A stretch of 64,000 bases of DNA. It comes from Candidatus Iainarchaeum sp. (GTDB lineage: Archaea; Iainarchaeota; Iainarchaeia; Iainarchaeales; GCA-2688035). Within the stretch, counting starts at the first letter, position 1. Every line of letters starts with the position of its first letter. The translations under genes and the position numbers were made by a program. Shown here piece after piece: positions 18,911 through 28,502 of the stretch. The notes beneath the pieces were generated by a model. It was not told the origin of the DNA, did not search any database, and worked only from the letters and a program-made list of their open reading frames with translations. The DNA lies in the NCBI GenBank assembly GCA_017610175.1, contig JAFCCO010000006.1, positions 10,064 to 74,063 of the forward strand. The letters run 5' to 3'.

Positions 18911-18978
18911 TTGCTCGAGTCCTCTGCTTCCCCCGGCTGTATAGCTTATGCCCAAACTAATATTTAAGTTAGTAAGGA

Positions 18979-19878
18979 TTACTCAAGGCCCTGAATTGCT
19001 TTTTCAATCTGAACGGCGCTTTCCTGTGTAACATCCACAAGCGGCAGGCGCGGGACACCGGCTTTTATGCCCATCTTGCGCAGTGCATAGTGGCAGGGGC
19101 AGGGGTTTGTTTCGATGAACAGTGCCTTGAAAACAGGCTTTAGCTTTTCCTCAATTGCCATCGCCTCATCAAACTTGCCTTCGAGCGCAAGGTGGATATA
19201 TTCTGAGGTCATTTTTGGCGCCACATTTGCGGCAACGCTTATGCATCCTGTTCCGCCTGACTTGATTATTTCAAGCGTCAGCCCGTCATCACCTGAGATT
19301 ACATCAAATTCGTAATCCTTTGTAAGCTCTATTGCCTTTCTAATCTGCTCGATGTTTCCCGAGGCTTCCTTTACTGCGATTATGTTTGAGAATTCCTTTG
19401 CAAGCCTTTCAACCGTTTCGGGCTCAATGTTTCTTCCCGTTCTTCCCGGAACGTTGTAAACTATTATGTTTTCACTGAGCGCGTTTGCAAGTGCCGCGTA
19501 GTGCTGGTAAAGCCCTTCCTGAGTCGGCTTGTTTTGGTACGGGGAAATCTGCAAATGGGTCTTTACCCCGATTTCCTCCATTTTCTTTGCAAGGGAAATC
19601 GCCTCCCTTGTGCAGTTGCTTCCGTCGCCCGCAATTACACTTACCTTGTCCTTAACGTGCTCCATTGCAAAGCCAACCATCTTTACCTGTTCTTCTCTCG
19701 TTAATGATGCCGCGTGCCCTGTGCAGCCCGCCGGCAAAACCCCTGTAACCCCGCCCTTTACAACGTGGTCAAGAAGCTGTTCAAATCCCCCGAAATCTAT
19801 TTCGTGGTTAAGCCTGTTTCCGTCTTCCTTCATTGGTGTGATTAATGCGGGAAAGCATCCCGAAAGTTTTCTAGCCAT
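18979..19878 (-). CDS. dapA: 4-hydroxy-tetrahydrodipicolinate synthase
   Basis: PALITP, YNVPGRT, AVKEASG, SGDD, ETNP. Confidence 0.93.
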   Translation of the reverse strand: MARKLSGCFPALITPMKEDGNRLNHEIDFGGFEQLLDHVVKGGVTGVLPAGCTGHAASLTREEQVKMVGFAMEHVKDKVSVIAGDGSNCTREAISLAKKMEEIGVKTHLQISPYQNKPTQEGLYQHYAALANALSENIIVYNVPGRTGRNIEPETVERLAKEFSNIIAVKEASGNIEQIRKAIELTKDYEFDVISGDDGLTLEIIKSGGTGCISVAANVAPKMTSEYIHLALEGKFDEAMAIEEKLKPVFKALFIETNPCPCHYALRKMGIKAGVPRLPLVDVTQESAVQIEKAIQGLE

Positions 19879-20631
19879 TCATTTCCCTCCAATTATTTCA
19901 TCCATCAGGTCGTCAATTGTGAAAAAACCCTTTTTTCCGTTAACAAATTCCGCTGCCTTAAGTGCGCCAAGCGCAAAGCCTTTTCTGCTTCTTGCGGTGT
20001 GCTTCAATTCAATTGTGTCCGCTTCCGAATCAAACATCACGCAGTGTGTTCCCGGAATTTCACCGCCCCTCACCGAAGCAAAATGAAGCTCATTTTCCCC
20101 AATCTTGCGCCCAAGCTTCTCTTCCTGAATTTTTTCCTTGCGTTTGAGGTTTTCGAGCAGAATTTTCCCAATGCTTTTTGCGGTGCCGCTTGGTGAATCC
20201 TTTTTCCTGTGGTGGTGCAGTTCAAACGCAAGCGCGTCATATTCCGGAATTCCGTCCATTAGCTTTGCAGTGCTTTCAACAATCCTGAAAAAAGCGTTTA
20301 CACCAACCGAAAAGTTGCTTGCGTAAATCAATCCAATCCCGCAGTCCTCAACCTTTTTCTTCACCTTTTCAGCCGAGTCATACCAGCCGGTTGTTCCAAC
20401 AACCGCATTTTTCCCAAGCGAACAGTATTTGTCAATGTTTTCGAGCGCAACGGCCGGCGCTGTAAAATCAATGCATACATCAATTCCCTTTACACTCTCT
20501 TCATTGATTTCCTTGTGTGTTGCGCCCTCGGCAACAGGGTCAATTATGGAGGCAACGCTTAAATCAGTGCCTTTGGACAGTTCCAAAAGAATCTGGCCCA
20601 TTCCCCCAAATCCAACTATAGCAATTTGCAT
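19879..20631 (-). CDS. dapB: 4-hydroxy-tetrahydrodipicolinate reductase
   Basis: G.GGMG, IDFT, VGTTG, ELHHHRKKDSPSGTA; start ATG 20631. Confidence 0.95.
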   Translation of the reverse strand: MQIAIVGFGGMGQILLELSKGTDLSVASIIDPVAEGATHKEINEESVKGIDVCIDFTAPAVALENIDKYCSLGKNAVVGTTGWYDSAEKVKKKVEDCGIGLIYASNFSVGVNAFFRIVESTAKLMDGIPEYDALAFELHHHRKKDSPSGTAKSIGKILLENLKRKEKIQEEKLGRKIGENELHFASVRGGEIPGTHCVMFDSEADTIELKHTARSRKGFALGALKAAEFVNGKKGFFTIDDLMDEIIGGK

Positions 20632-20737
20632 GTAAATCAAATTATTTTGGGTCGAAAACCTATAAAAAAACTGTTTTTTTGAGCGAAATTCGCACAAGGG
20701 GGATTTGTTCTTAATTGTTTTCCACAGGCTTTATTTT

Positions 20738-21937
20738 ATGCCATTCAGTGTGGAAGTTAATGAAAATTTGAGGGGAATTCTTTCACAGCCTTACGCTTTT
20801 GATGTTGTTGATTCAAACAAGAAAAAGGCAATTGAAAAGTTTGGATCTGACTTTATAATTGACTTTGGAATCGGGGACCCAACAGACCCGACCCCTGAAA
20901 TTGTCCGGGAAAGATGCAAGGCAGCAGTTGACGAAAGAAAATCAAGCGGTTACCCTGCATCTGTTGGGCACGCGCAATTCAAGGAAGCGGTTTCGTCATA
21001 CCTGAAAAGCCGCTTTAACGTTTCCGTTTCAGAAAACGAAGTTGTTTCAACTTACGGCGCCAAATATGCATGCTTTCACATTCCTCTTTATTTTTTAACC
21101 CCCAATAAGGGACAGACTGCGCTTATTCCAAACCCAGGCTATCCCCCCTACTCTGAGGGAACACTTTTGGCGGGGGGAAAACCGCATTACCTGAACATTC
21201 TTGAGGAAAACAATTTCGAGCCGGATTTTGCTTCGCTTGAAGCAAAGACTGTTAAAGATTCAAAAATTCTTTTCCTGAACAGCCCGCACAGCCCGACAGG
21301 CAGGGTTTACGGGCGGGAAAAACTAAAGGAAGCGGTTGACTTCTGCGCAGACAACAATATTCTGCTTGTAAGTGATGAATGCTATTCGGAACTTTACTTT
21401 GACCAACCTCCAAAAAGCATTCTTGAGATTAAAGGGAGCGAGGAATGCAGCATTGTTTTAAATTCCCTCTCCAAAAGAAGCATGATGACAGGTTACGCTG
21501 TAGGCTTTGCCGCAAGCAAGAACCCCGGGCTCTTAAAGCCGTTTGAGTCAATGACCCGAAAGAGCGTGCAGGGAATTGCTTCATTCATTCAGGATGCTGC
21601 GGTAACGGCTTGGAATGACTTTGGGCACACTGAAAAGATGCGCGCCGTTTACAAAAAACGCCTTGAGGCACTTCTTCCCGGCCTGGAGCAAATTGGCTGC
21701 AAGCCGATTAAGCCACAGGGGACATTTTTCATGTGGGCGCACGTTCCGGATGGCTTTTCACCAATCTCATTTTCGGAAAAGCTTTTGCTTGAATACGGCA
21801 TAAATTGCGTGCCCGGGAATTTAATAAGCCGCGAGTTCAACAAAGTCAATCCGGGAGACGGCTTTGCCAGATTTGCGCTTGTTGCGCCGCTTGAAAAAAC
21901 CGAGGAAGCAGTAAAGAGGTTGCGGGAATGGAAATAG
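20738..21937 (+). CDS. PLP aminotransferase class I/II, probable diaminopimelate aminotransferase (DapL/DapC type)
   Basis: FGIGDP, PGYPPY, NSPHSPTG, SDECYSE, NSLSK; lies in the dap cluster. Confidence 0.8.
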   Translation: MPFSVEVNENLRGILSQPYAFDVVDSNKKKAIEKFGSDFIIDFGIGDPTDPTPEIVRERCKAAVDERKSSGYPASVGHAQFKEAVSSYLKSRFNVSVSENEVVSTYGAKYACFHIPLYFLTPNKGQTALIPNPGYPPYSEGTLLAGGKPHYLNILEENNFEPDFASLEAKTVKDSKILFLNSPHSPTGRVYGREKLKEAVDFCADNNILLVSDECYSELYFDQPPKSILEIKGSEECSIVLNSLSKRSMMTGYAVGFAASKNPGLLKPFESMTRKSVQGIASFIQDAAVTAWNDFGHTEKMRAVYKKRLEALLPGLEQIGCKPIKPQGTFFMWAHVPDGFSPISFSEKLLLEYGINCVPGNLISREFNKVNPGDGFARFALVAPLEKTEEAVKRLREWK

Positions 21938-22749
21938 CCTTTTCAAAAATTCATGGACTTGGAAACGATTTTTTAGTAATCAACGAGCTTGAAAGAGAAG
22001 TTGTAAAAAACAAGGCTGATTTTGCCAAAAAATTCTGCTCAAGGCACACGTCGGTTGGGGCGGACGGAATTTTGTTTCTCTGCAAAAGCGACAAAACCGA
22101 TTTTAAAATGCGGATTTTCAATTCAGACGGAAGTGAGGCAGAAAACTGCGTCAACGGCCTAAGGTGTGTTGCACTGCAAAAATACATTTTTGACGGGAAG
22201 CAAAATGAGTCTTACAGCATTGAGGCGCTTGCCGGAATGGTTAACGCAAAAATTTCCTCCTTTGAAAACGGCCTTGCGGTTGTTGAAATAGAGTTCCTTG
22301 GAAAAAGGGAATTTAAGGGAAAGGATTCAATTGATGTATCGGGAAAAAAATTTGATTATTTCTTTGTTGATGTGGGAAATCCGCATGCGGTAATTTTTAC
22401 TGGCGAAAAGGTTGGCTCATTCCCTGTTGAGGAAGTGGGGCACAAAATTGAGTACAGTGAAAAGTTTGCGTCTGCGCGCACAAACACGGAATTTGTAAAC
22501 ATTGTTTCAAAAGCAGAGGTAAACATGAGGGTTCACGAGAGGGGGGCGTGCGAAACAATGGCCTGCGGCTCAGGGAGCATTGCAATAGTTATTGCGGGAA
22601 CCGAAGCAGGACTTCTTGAAAAGGACTCCTGGGTTAAGGTAAACCAGCCCGGCGGTACAATTGAGGTAAGGGTGGAGAGCGAAAGAATTTTGCTCAAAGC
22701 AAATGCAGAAAAAGTTTTTGAAGGAAAAGTTGAATGGGGTGATTTTTAG
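21928..22749 (+). CDS. dapF: Diaminopimelate epimerase
   Basis: KIHGLGNDF, NSDGSEAENCVNG, GNPH, ERGACETMACGSG. Confidence 0.95.
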   Translation: MEIAFSKIHGLGNDFLVINELEREVVKNKADFAKKFCSRHTSVGADGILFLCKSDKTDFKMRIFNSDGSEAENCVNGLRCVALQKYIFDGKQNESYSIEALAGMVNAKISSFENGLAVVEIEFLGKREFKGKDSIDVSGKKFDYFFVDVGNPHAVIFTGEKVGSFPVEEVGHKIEYSEKFASARTNTEFVNIVSKAEVNMRVHERGACETMACGSGSIAIVIAGTEAGLLEKDSWVKVNQPGGTIEVRVESERILLKANAEKVFEGKVEWGDF

Positions 22750-24033
22750 ATGTGGTGGGAAATTCCAGGACACATAGATGTTAGAAACAATTCGCTTTTT
22801 ATTGCGGGAATTGAGGCAAGCGGGCTTGCGGAAAAATACGGCGCTCCGCTTTACGTTTACAACGGAAATCGGATTTTGGACAACCTTTCAAGAATTAAGG
22901 CAGCGTTTGATTCCGCAAAGCTCAAGCCAAGAATCCACTATGCATTGAAGGCAAATTCACACATTGCCATTCTGCAGCTTCTTGCAGACCAAAACATTTG
23001 GATTGATGCGGTTTCGGTCGATGAAGTCAGACTTGCAATCAAAGCCGGCTTTCCCCAGGAGAAAATTCTTTTTACAGGCACAAGCGTAAGCAACGCTGAA
23101 ATTGAGCAGCTTATTAAACTAAATGTCCGCGTGAACATAGACAGTTTTTCCCAGATGAGGCGCATGCGTGCCCTTGGCTTTAAGGGCGAGGCAAGCATTA
23201 GGTGGAATCCGGGTGAAGGGGCAGGGCATCACGAACACACGATTACCGCTGGAAAGTACATAAAGTTTGGGATTCCGGAGCACCGCATTGAGGAAGCTTT
23301 CAGAATGGCGAAAGCGATTGGAATAAACGTTGTTGGATTGCACCAGCACATTGGTTCAGGCTGGCTTGGGAAAGATGTGAATGTTTTTCTTGAAACCGTT
23401 TCAAAAACAATTGCGGTTGCGGAAAAGGCTGAAGAGCTTCTTGGGAAAAAACTTGAGTTTGTTGATTTTGGGGGCGGGCCCGGAATTCCGTACTCAAACG
23501 GACAGCTTTCTTTTCCGCTTGAAAAGTACGCAAAGGGAATTGCTGACAAAATGAATGCAAGCTCGCTTGACGTTGATGTTGCAATTGAGCCGGGACGCTA
23601 CATTGTGGGGGATTCGGGAATTTTCCTTGTTGAAATAAATACTGTTGAGGAAAAGAACATTCAGGTAATTGGGGTGAACTCAGGGTTCACCCATCTGGTG
23701 AGGCCTGCATTTTACGGCTCATACCATGAGATTGTTCTCTGCAACAACATTGGCGGGAGAAAAACCGACAAGTTTATGGTTGCGGGAAACCTCTGTGAAA
23801 GCAGCGATGTTTTTACAGAAGGGAAAAAGGAATTGCGCGAGCTTCCGGTCCCTAACGAGGGGGATTTTCTTGCAATGCTTAATGCAGGAGCCTACGGCTA
23901 TTCAATGGCAAGCAATTACAACAGCAGGCTTAAGCCTGCGTGTGTGCTGTTGCTGAATGGTAAAGAGCAGGTTATTGCAGAGCGGGATTCGTTCGAGGAC
24001 TTGCTTGACAAGGAGAAGGCGCTTCAGATATAG
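22750..24033 (+). CDS. lysA: Diaminopimelate decarboxylase
   Basis: YALKAN, KFG, HQHIGS, GGG, EPGR, GNLCESSD, GAYG.SMAS.YN. Confidence 0.95.
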   Translation: MWWEIPGHIDVRNNSLFIAGIEASGLAEKYGAPLYVYNGNRILDNLSRIKAAFDSAKLKPRIHYALKANSHIAILQLLADQNIWIDAVSVDEVRLAIKAGFPQEKILFTGTSVSNAEIEQLIKLNVRVNIDSFSQMRRMRALGFKGEASIRWNPGEGAGHHEHTITAGKYIKFGIPEHRIEEAFRMAKAIGINVVGLHQHIGSGWLGKDVNVFLETVSKTIAVAEKAEELLGKKLEFVDFGGGPGIPYSNGQLSFPLEKYAKGIADKMNASSLDVDVAIEPGRYIVGDSGIFLVEINTVEEKNIQVIGVNSGFTHLVRPAFYGSYHEIVLCNNIGGRKTDKFMVAGNLCESSDVFTEGKKELRELPVPNEGDFLAMLNAGAYGYSMASNYNSRLKPACVLLLNGKEQVIAERDSFEDLLDKEKALQI

Positions 24034-25170
24034 CTACTTCTTCTTTTTCCTTTTAATTTTTGCAGCAGTTTTTTTCTTGAAGTGCTTTTTTACTGCGTCG
24101 TGCTTTTCTTTTGTCTTCAAAAGCAGGGTGAGCTTCTTTACCTTTTCCTCAAGCTCTTTTTCTTTCTCGTGCTTGTCTTCGGACATCTTTCTAAAGTGGG
24201 CTGCAAGCTCTTCCTTTTCCTTAAGCCTTTTCTTGAGCTCGTCAAGCTCTTTTCTGAACTTTGATTCGCCCTCTTTTCTTGCCCTAAGCTTGTTTTCCTG
24301 CAGTGAAAGCATTTCGTTTGTGTACCTGTTCCTCAACTGCAGGGTTTCGTGTTCAACATCCAGGACAACCTTTTTGGCGTAGTCCCGTTCCTTCTTAAGC
24401 ATTGAAATAAGTTCCATGCTTTTTTCAACATATGAACTGAATATTTCCTCAAGCGAGTCAAGCCTTTGCCTGAGCTGTGCATAACTGTTTTCAATGTATT
24501 CAATCTGGCTTTTGTGCAGTGAAATTTCCTTCCTCAATTCGGCCGCACTTTCCCCCATCTTCATTGAAAGGCTTCCAAGGTCGTGCTCCAAATCAACGGA
24601 GGTTCCCTCCTGCACATAGCCAAGGTAACTTTTCTTCCTGATGTTTTCGTACTTTTCCTTTACTTCCTCAATTTCCTTTTCCTTCACCTGCAGCAAGTCA
24701 AGCATTTGCTTTGCGGTGCTCTTGCCTTCAAGCGGGCTGGAGCCCTGTTTTGCGCCAAAGACATTTATTCTCTCGGCGTTGTATCTTGCGCGAAGCAGCA
24801 GGGTCTGGATTTTTTCAGCCAAATCGCTGTAGAGTTCGCCATTTTCCTCCTGCTCAAAAACGTTTGATTCCTTTGCGGTGCTTTTCTTTGTTTTCTCCAG
24901 TTTGAGGTTGTTTTCGAGAACAGGCATAATTGCATCAAATTCTCTTCTCAAGTCGTTAAGGGAGGGGGCTCCCATTTCCGTTCCGCTTTCAAGTTCGGTT
25001 GCGGCTTTTTCAAAATGCGATTCAAGTTTTTTCAGGTTGGAAATTGTGCTATCCAAAAAACCGACAAACGAAAGCCTTTTCGCATTTCCCCAGTCCTGTG
25101 TGGAAATGTCTGAGTGAAGCTGGTTTATGCCTTCCACAATTTTTGCAGTCTCAACGCGCAAATCCATCAA
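24034..25170 (-). CDS. Long coiled-coil protein with Lys-rich tail
   Basis: E/K/L heptads throughout; C-terminal KIKRKKKK. Confidence 0.7.
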   Translation of the reverse strand: MMDLRVETAKIVEGINQLHSDISTQDWGNAKRLSFVGFLDSTISNLKKLESHFEKAATELESGTEMGAPSLNDLRREFDAIMPVLENNLKLEKTKKSTAKESNVFEQEENGELYSDLAEKIQTLLLRARYNAERINVFGAKQGSSPLEGKSTAKQMLDLLQVKEKEIEEVKEKYENIRKKSYLGYVQEGTSVDLEHDLGSLSMKMGESAAELRKEISLHKSQIEYIENSYAQLRQRLDSLEEIFSSYVEKSMELISMLKKERDYAKKVVLDVEHETLQLRNRYTNEMLSLQENKLRARKEGESKFRKELDELKKRLKEKEELAAHFRKMSEDKHEKEKELEEKVKKLTLLLKTKEKHDAVKKHFKKKTAAKIKRKKKK

Positions 25171-25266
25171 AACACCTATTTATCTTTCTGATATTAAAGA
25201 CTGCAACCTTATTTATATTCCTTTGGCGGGCAAAGTCTTTTAATTTTCCAGCAGTATATCATACAT

Positions 25267-26247
25267 ATGATTAATGCAGGCAACGGAATTCTAATTGGAG
25301 AAAAGCTTGCAATAGACCCCCGCAGGAAAAGCGCCTGCAGCAACGTAATAATAAGCCACGCCCACGCCGACCACGTAAAACTGAACAAGGAAAGCCAATT
25401 CTTCTTTTCAGAGGGCACAATGGCAATAATTGAGTCAAGGTACTCCAAAGTGGTAAAGCCAAACACAATTGCCTTTGGAAAAAAGCAGGAAATTGGGGGC
25501 GTTGGGGTAACTGCCGTTAACAGCGGGCACATTTTGGGGGGAGTGTCGCTTCACATCGACACTGAAAAAACAATCGGAATAACAACCGATTTCAAAACAC
25601 AGGACTCGCTAATCCAGAAGGGCGCAAAGCCAATAGACTGCGACGTGCTTATTATTGAGAGCACTTTTGGGCTTCCGTCATTTACGTTTCCCGACAGGCA
25701 GGACGTTTACGAGGAAATGGGCTCCTGGATAAAGGAAAAGAGCAAGCAAGGCTTTGTTGTGCTTGCGGGTTATGCCCTTGGAAAGGCACAGGAATTAACC
25801 GCTGTCTGCAATGAATACGCCGGCATTGAGCCTCTTGTGCACGAACGCGTTTTTGACAACAACAGGGTTTATGAAAAAATGGGGACAAAACTGGGCGGTT
25901 ACATAAAACTTGACCACAACTTAAGCGACAGCCCTGTTCTGATAATGCCCCCCTCCCTTGTAAACCACAACATAAAGCAGGTTCTTGAGTACAGCCTTGA
26001 AAAAAGGGTTTTTTCTGCGTTTGCAACAGGCTGGGGTTTCAGAAGCTCTTACGACAAAGTGTTCTCCCTTTCAGACCACGCGGACTTTCCGCAGCTAATG
26101 GATTATGTAAAACAATGCAATCCAAAGCTTGTGTTAACGGAACACGGCTATGACAACGAGCTTGCAAACTACATTCAGCGAAGGCTTGGAATTCCGGCAA
26201 AACCGCTTGACATGAAGGGGCAAAAGGTATTGAGCGAATTTTTTTAG
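25267..26247 (+). CDS. MBL-fold/beta-CASP-like nuclease (COG1236-like)
   Basis: SHAHADH, SGHILG, IESTFG.P, YALGKAQE, LSDHADF. Confidence 0.88.
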   Translation: MINAGNGILIGEKLAIDPRRKSACSNVIISHAHADHVKLNKESQFFFSEGTMAIIESRYSKVVKPNTIAFGKKQEIGGVGVTAVNSGHILGGVSLHIDTEKTIGITTDFKTQDSLIQKGAKPIDCDVLIIESTFGLPSFTFPDRQDVYEEMGSWIKEKSKQGFVVLAGYALGKAQELTAVCNEYAGIEPLVHERVFDNNRVYEKMGTKLGGYIKLDHNLSDSPVLIMPPSLVNHNIKQVLEYSLEKRVFSAFATGWGFRSSYDKVFSLSDHADFPQLMDYVKQCNPKLVLTEHGYDNELANYIQRRLGIPAKPLDMKGQKVLSEFF

Positions 26248-26352
26248 AAACGGTTGATTAAGCCAGTTTATCCCACCAATTTTCCCGTTTTCGCCTTTGA
26301 AAGGTAGATTTATAACCGTTTTTTAACCAATTTTGTTCATTCCGGTGATAAA

Positions 26353-28137
26353 ATGAAGAGAACTCATACTTGCGGGCAGCTTAACGAAAAGGATGTTGGC
26401 AAAAAGGCCATTTTGCAGGGCTGGGTCTCAAAGAGGCGAGATCACGGAAACCTTATTTTTATCGATTTAAGGGACAGGTATGGAATAACACAGGTTGTTT
26501 TCAACCCCCAAGAAAGCAAGGAATCCCACGCTGAGGCTGAAAAGCTTGGAAAAGAGTTTGTGGTGCAGATTGAGGGAAAGGTTTCAAAGCGCCCGAAGGG
26601 AACTGAAAACAAGGAAATTCCAACAGGCAAAATTGAATTGAACGCCTCAAGCCTTGAAATATTAAACAAGGCAGAAATTCCCCTTCCAATAGAGCTTGAC
26701 AAGCACCTTCTGGCTGGAGAAGACCAGAGGCTTAAGTTCAGGTTCCTTGATTTGCGAAGGCCCGAGCTGCAGAAAAACATTATCCTAAGGCACAGGCTTG
26801 TGAAGTCCTTCAGGGACTACTTTGACAGGCACGATTTTGTTGAAATAGAAACGCCGATTCTTGCAAAGAGCACGCCTGAGGGCGCACGCGATTACCTTGT
26901 TCCAAGCAGGGTGCAGCCGGGAAAATTCTTTGCACTTCCCCAAAGCCCACAGCTCTTCAAGCAAATTCTCATGGTTTCAGGTTTTGACCGGTACATGCAA
27001 ATCGTAAAATGCTTCAGGGACGAGGACTTAAGGGCGGACAGGCAGCCTGAATTTACTCAGGTGGACTTGGAAATGTCATTTGTTGAACCGGAGGACATTT
27101 TTGAGCTTTTGGAGGGCGCAATGAAGCAGGTTTTCAAGGACACGCTTAACGTTGCAGTCAAAACACCTTTCCCAAGGCTTTCCTTCGAGGACGCACTGAA
27201 CACTTACGGTTCCGACAAGCCGGACACACGCTTTGAAATGCATTTAACTGATGTTACAAACGAAATGAAGGGCACTGAATTCGGAATTTTCAACAGCACA
27301 ATTGAATCAGGCGGGGCAATAAAGGCCCTGAAGGTTGAGAAAGGCGGTGAAAAGCTCAACAAAAAGGACGTTGACAAGTTAACAGAAATTGCAAAGCTCT
27401 ACAAGGCAAAAGGCCTTATGAGTGTCTGGGTCAAGGGAAAGGGGATTGAAAGCCAGATAGCAAAATTCCTGCCCGAGAAAACCGTAAAGGCATTGCTTGA
27501 CAAGACCAAGGCAAAGGACTCCGATTTAATCCTGCTTGTTGCAGACAAGTGGGAAACGGCATGCAATTCAATCGGCTACGTAAGGCTTGCTGTTGCAGAA
27601 AAGCTTGAACTAATTGACAAAAACAAGTACAACTTCCTGTGGGTTGTTGACTTCCCGCTGCTTGAGTGGAACGACGACGAGCAAAGGTATACCGCAATGC
27701 ACCACCCGTTCACTTCCCCCCTGGACTCAGACCTTGAGTTTTTGGACTCCGCCCCCGAAAAGGCAAAGGCAAAAGCTTACGACATTGTACTAAACGGTTC
27801 TGAGATAGGCGGGGGAAGCATTAGGATTTACAGGGGAGATATTCAGGAAAAAATGTTCAACGCACTTGGAATCGGCAAAGCAGAAGCGGAATCCAAATTT
27901 GGATTTTTGCTTTCCGCATTCAAATACGGTGCGCCGCCACACGGCGGCATTGCGCTTGGGCTTGACAGAATAGCAACAATAATGTGCAACGCAGAAAGCA
28001 TAAGGGAAGTAATCGCTTTTCCCAAGAACAAGGCAAGCGTTTCGCTAATGGACAATGCCCCAAGCGAAGTTACTGAAAAGCAGCTCAAGGACCTTTTCCT
28101 GAAGCTTGACATTGAGAAGCTGCCGGAGCAGCCTTAA
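26353..28137 (+). CDS. aspS: Aspartate--tRNA(Asp/Asn) ligase, bacterial type with GAD insertion
   Basis: 594 aa; RTHTCG, STPEGARDYLVPSR, FRDEDLRADRQPEFTQ, MHHPFT, GGGSIRI, PPHGGIALGLDR. Confidence 0.96.
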   Translation: MKRTHTCGQLNEKDVGKKAILQGWVSKRRDHGNLIFIDLRDRYGITQVVFNPQESKESHAEAEKLGKEFVVQIEGKVSKRPKGTENKEIPTGKIELNASSLEILNKAEIPLPIELDKHLLAGEDQRLKFRFLDLRRPELQKNIILRHRLVKSFRDYFDRHDFVEIETPILAKSTPEGARDYLVPSRVQPGKFFALPQSPQLFKQILMVSGFDRYMQIVKCFRDEDLRADRQPEFTQVDLEMSFVEPEDIFELLEGAMKQVFKDTLNVAVKTPFPRLSFEDALNTYGSDKPDTRFEMHLTDVTNEMKGTEFGIFNSTIESGGAIKALKVEKGGEKLNKKDVDKLTEIAKLYKAKGLMSVWVKGKGIESQIAKFLPEKTVKALLDKTKAKDSDLILLVADKWETACNSIGYVRLAVAEKLELIDKNKYNFLWVVDFPLLEWNDDEQRYTAMHHPFTSPLDSDLEFLDSAPEKAKAKAYDIVLNGSEIGGGSIRIYRGDIQEKMFNALGIGKAEAESKFGFLLSAFKYGAPPHGGIALGLDRIATIMCNAESIREVIAFPKNKASVSLMDNAPSEVTEKQLKDLFLKLDIEKLPEQP

Positions 28138-28205
28138 TTTCTTCTTTAAAAAGAAGCAATACTTTCCTTTAAATTTCTTTTACTCTTTTATATTGTGGGG
28201 ATTAA

Positions 28206-28499
28206 ATGGCAAAACAGGCTATTGACAAAAAGCTTCTTTTGGGGGTTGCAAAAAATGCAAGGCTGAACCTCTCTGAAAAAGAAATAACCGAATTTTTGCC
28301 CCAATTGTCCGAAATACTTGAGTCATTCGGAAAGCTGGATGAGCTTGACGTTTCAAAGGAAAAGCCATCATTCCAGCCTATTGCGACAAAAAACGTTTTT
28401 AGGGAGGACAAGGTTGAAAAATGCCTCAGCCAAAAGGACGCGCTCTCAAACACAAAACACAAAAAGGACGGCTATTTCCTTGGTCCAAAAGTGGTGTAA
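28206..28499 (+). CDS. gatC: Amidotransferase subunit C
   Basis: VAKNARL, FREDKV, DGYFLGPKV; precedes gatA. Confidence 0.9.
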   Translation: MAKQAIDKKLLLGVAKNARLNLSEKEITEFLPQLSEILESFGKLDELDVSKEKPSFQPIATKNVFREDKVEKCLSQKDALSNTKHKKDGYFLGPKVV

Positions 28500-28502
28500 C
28501 AA

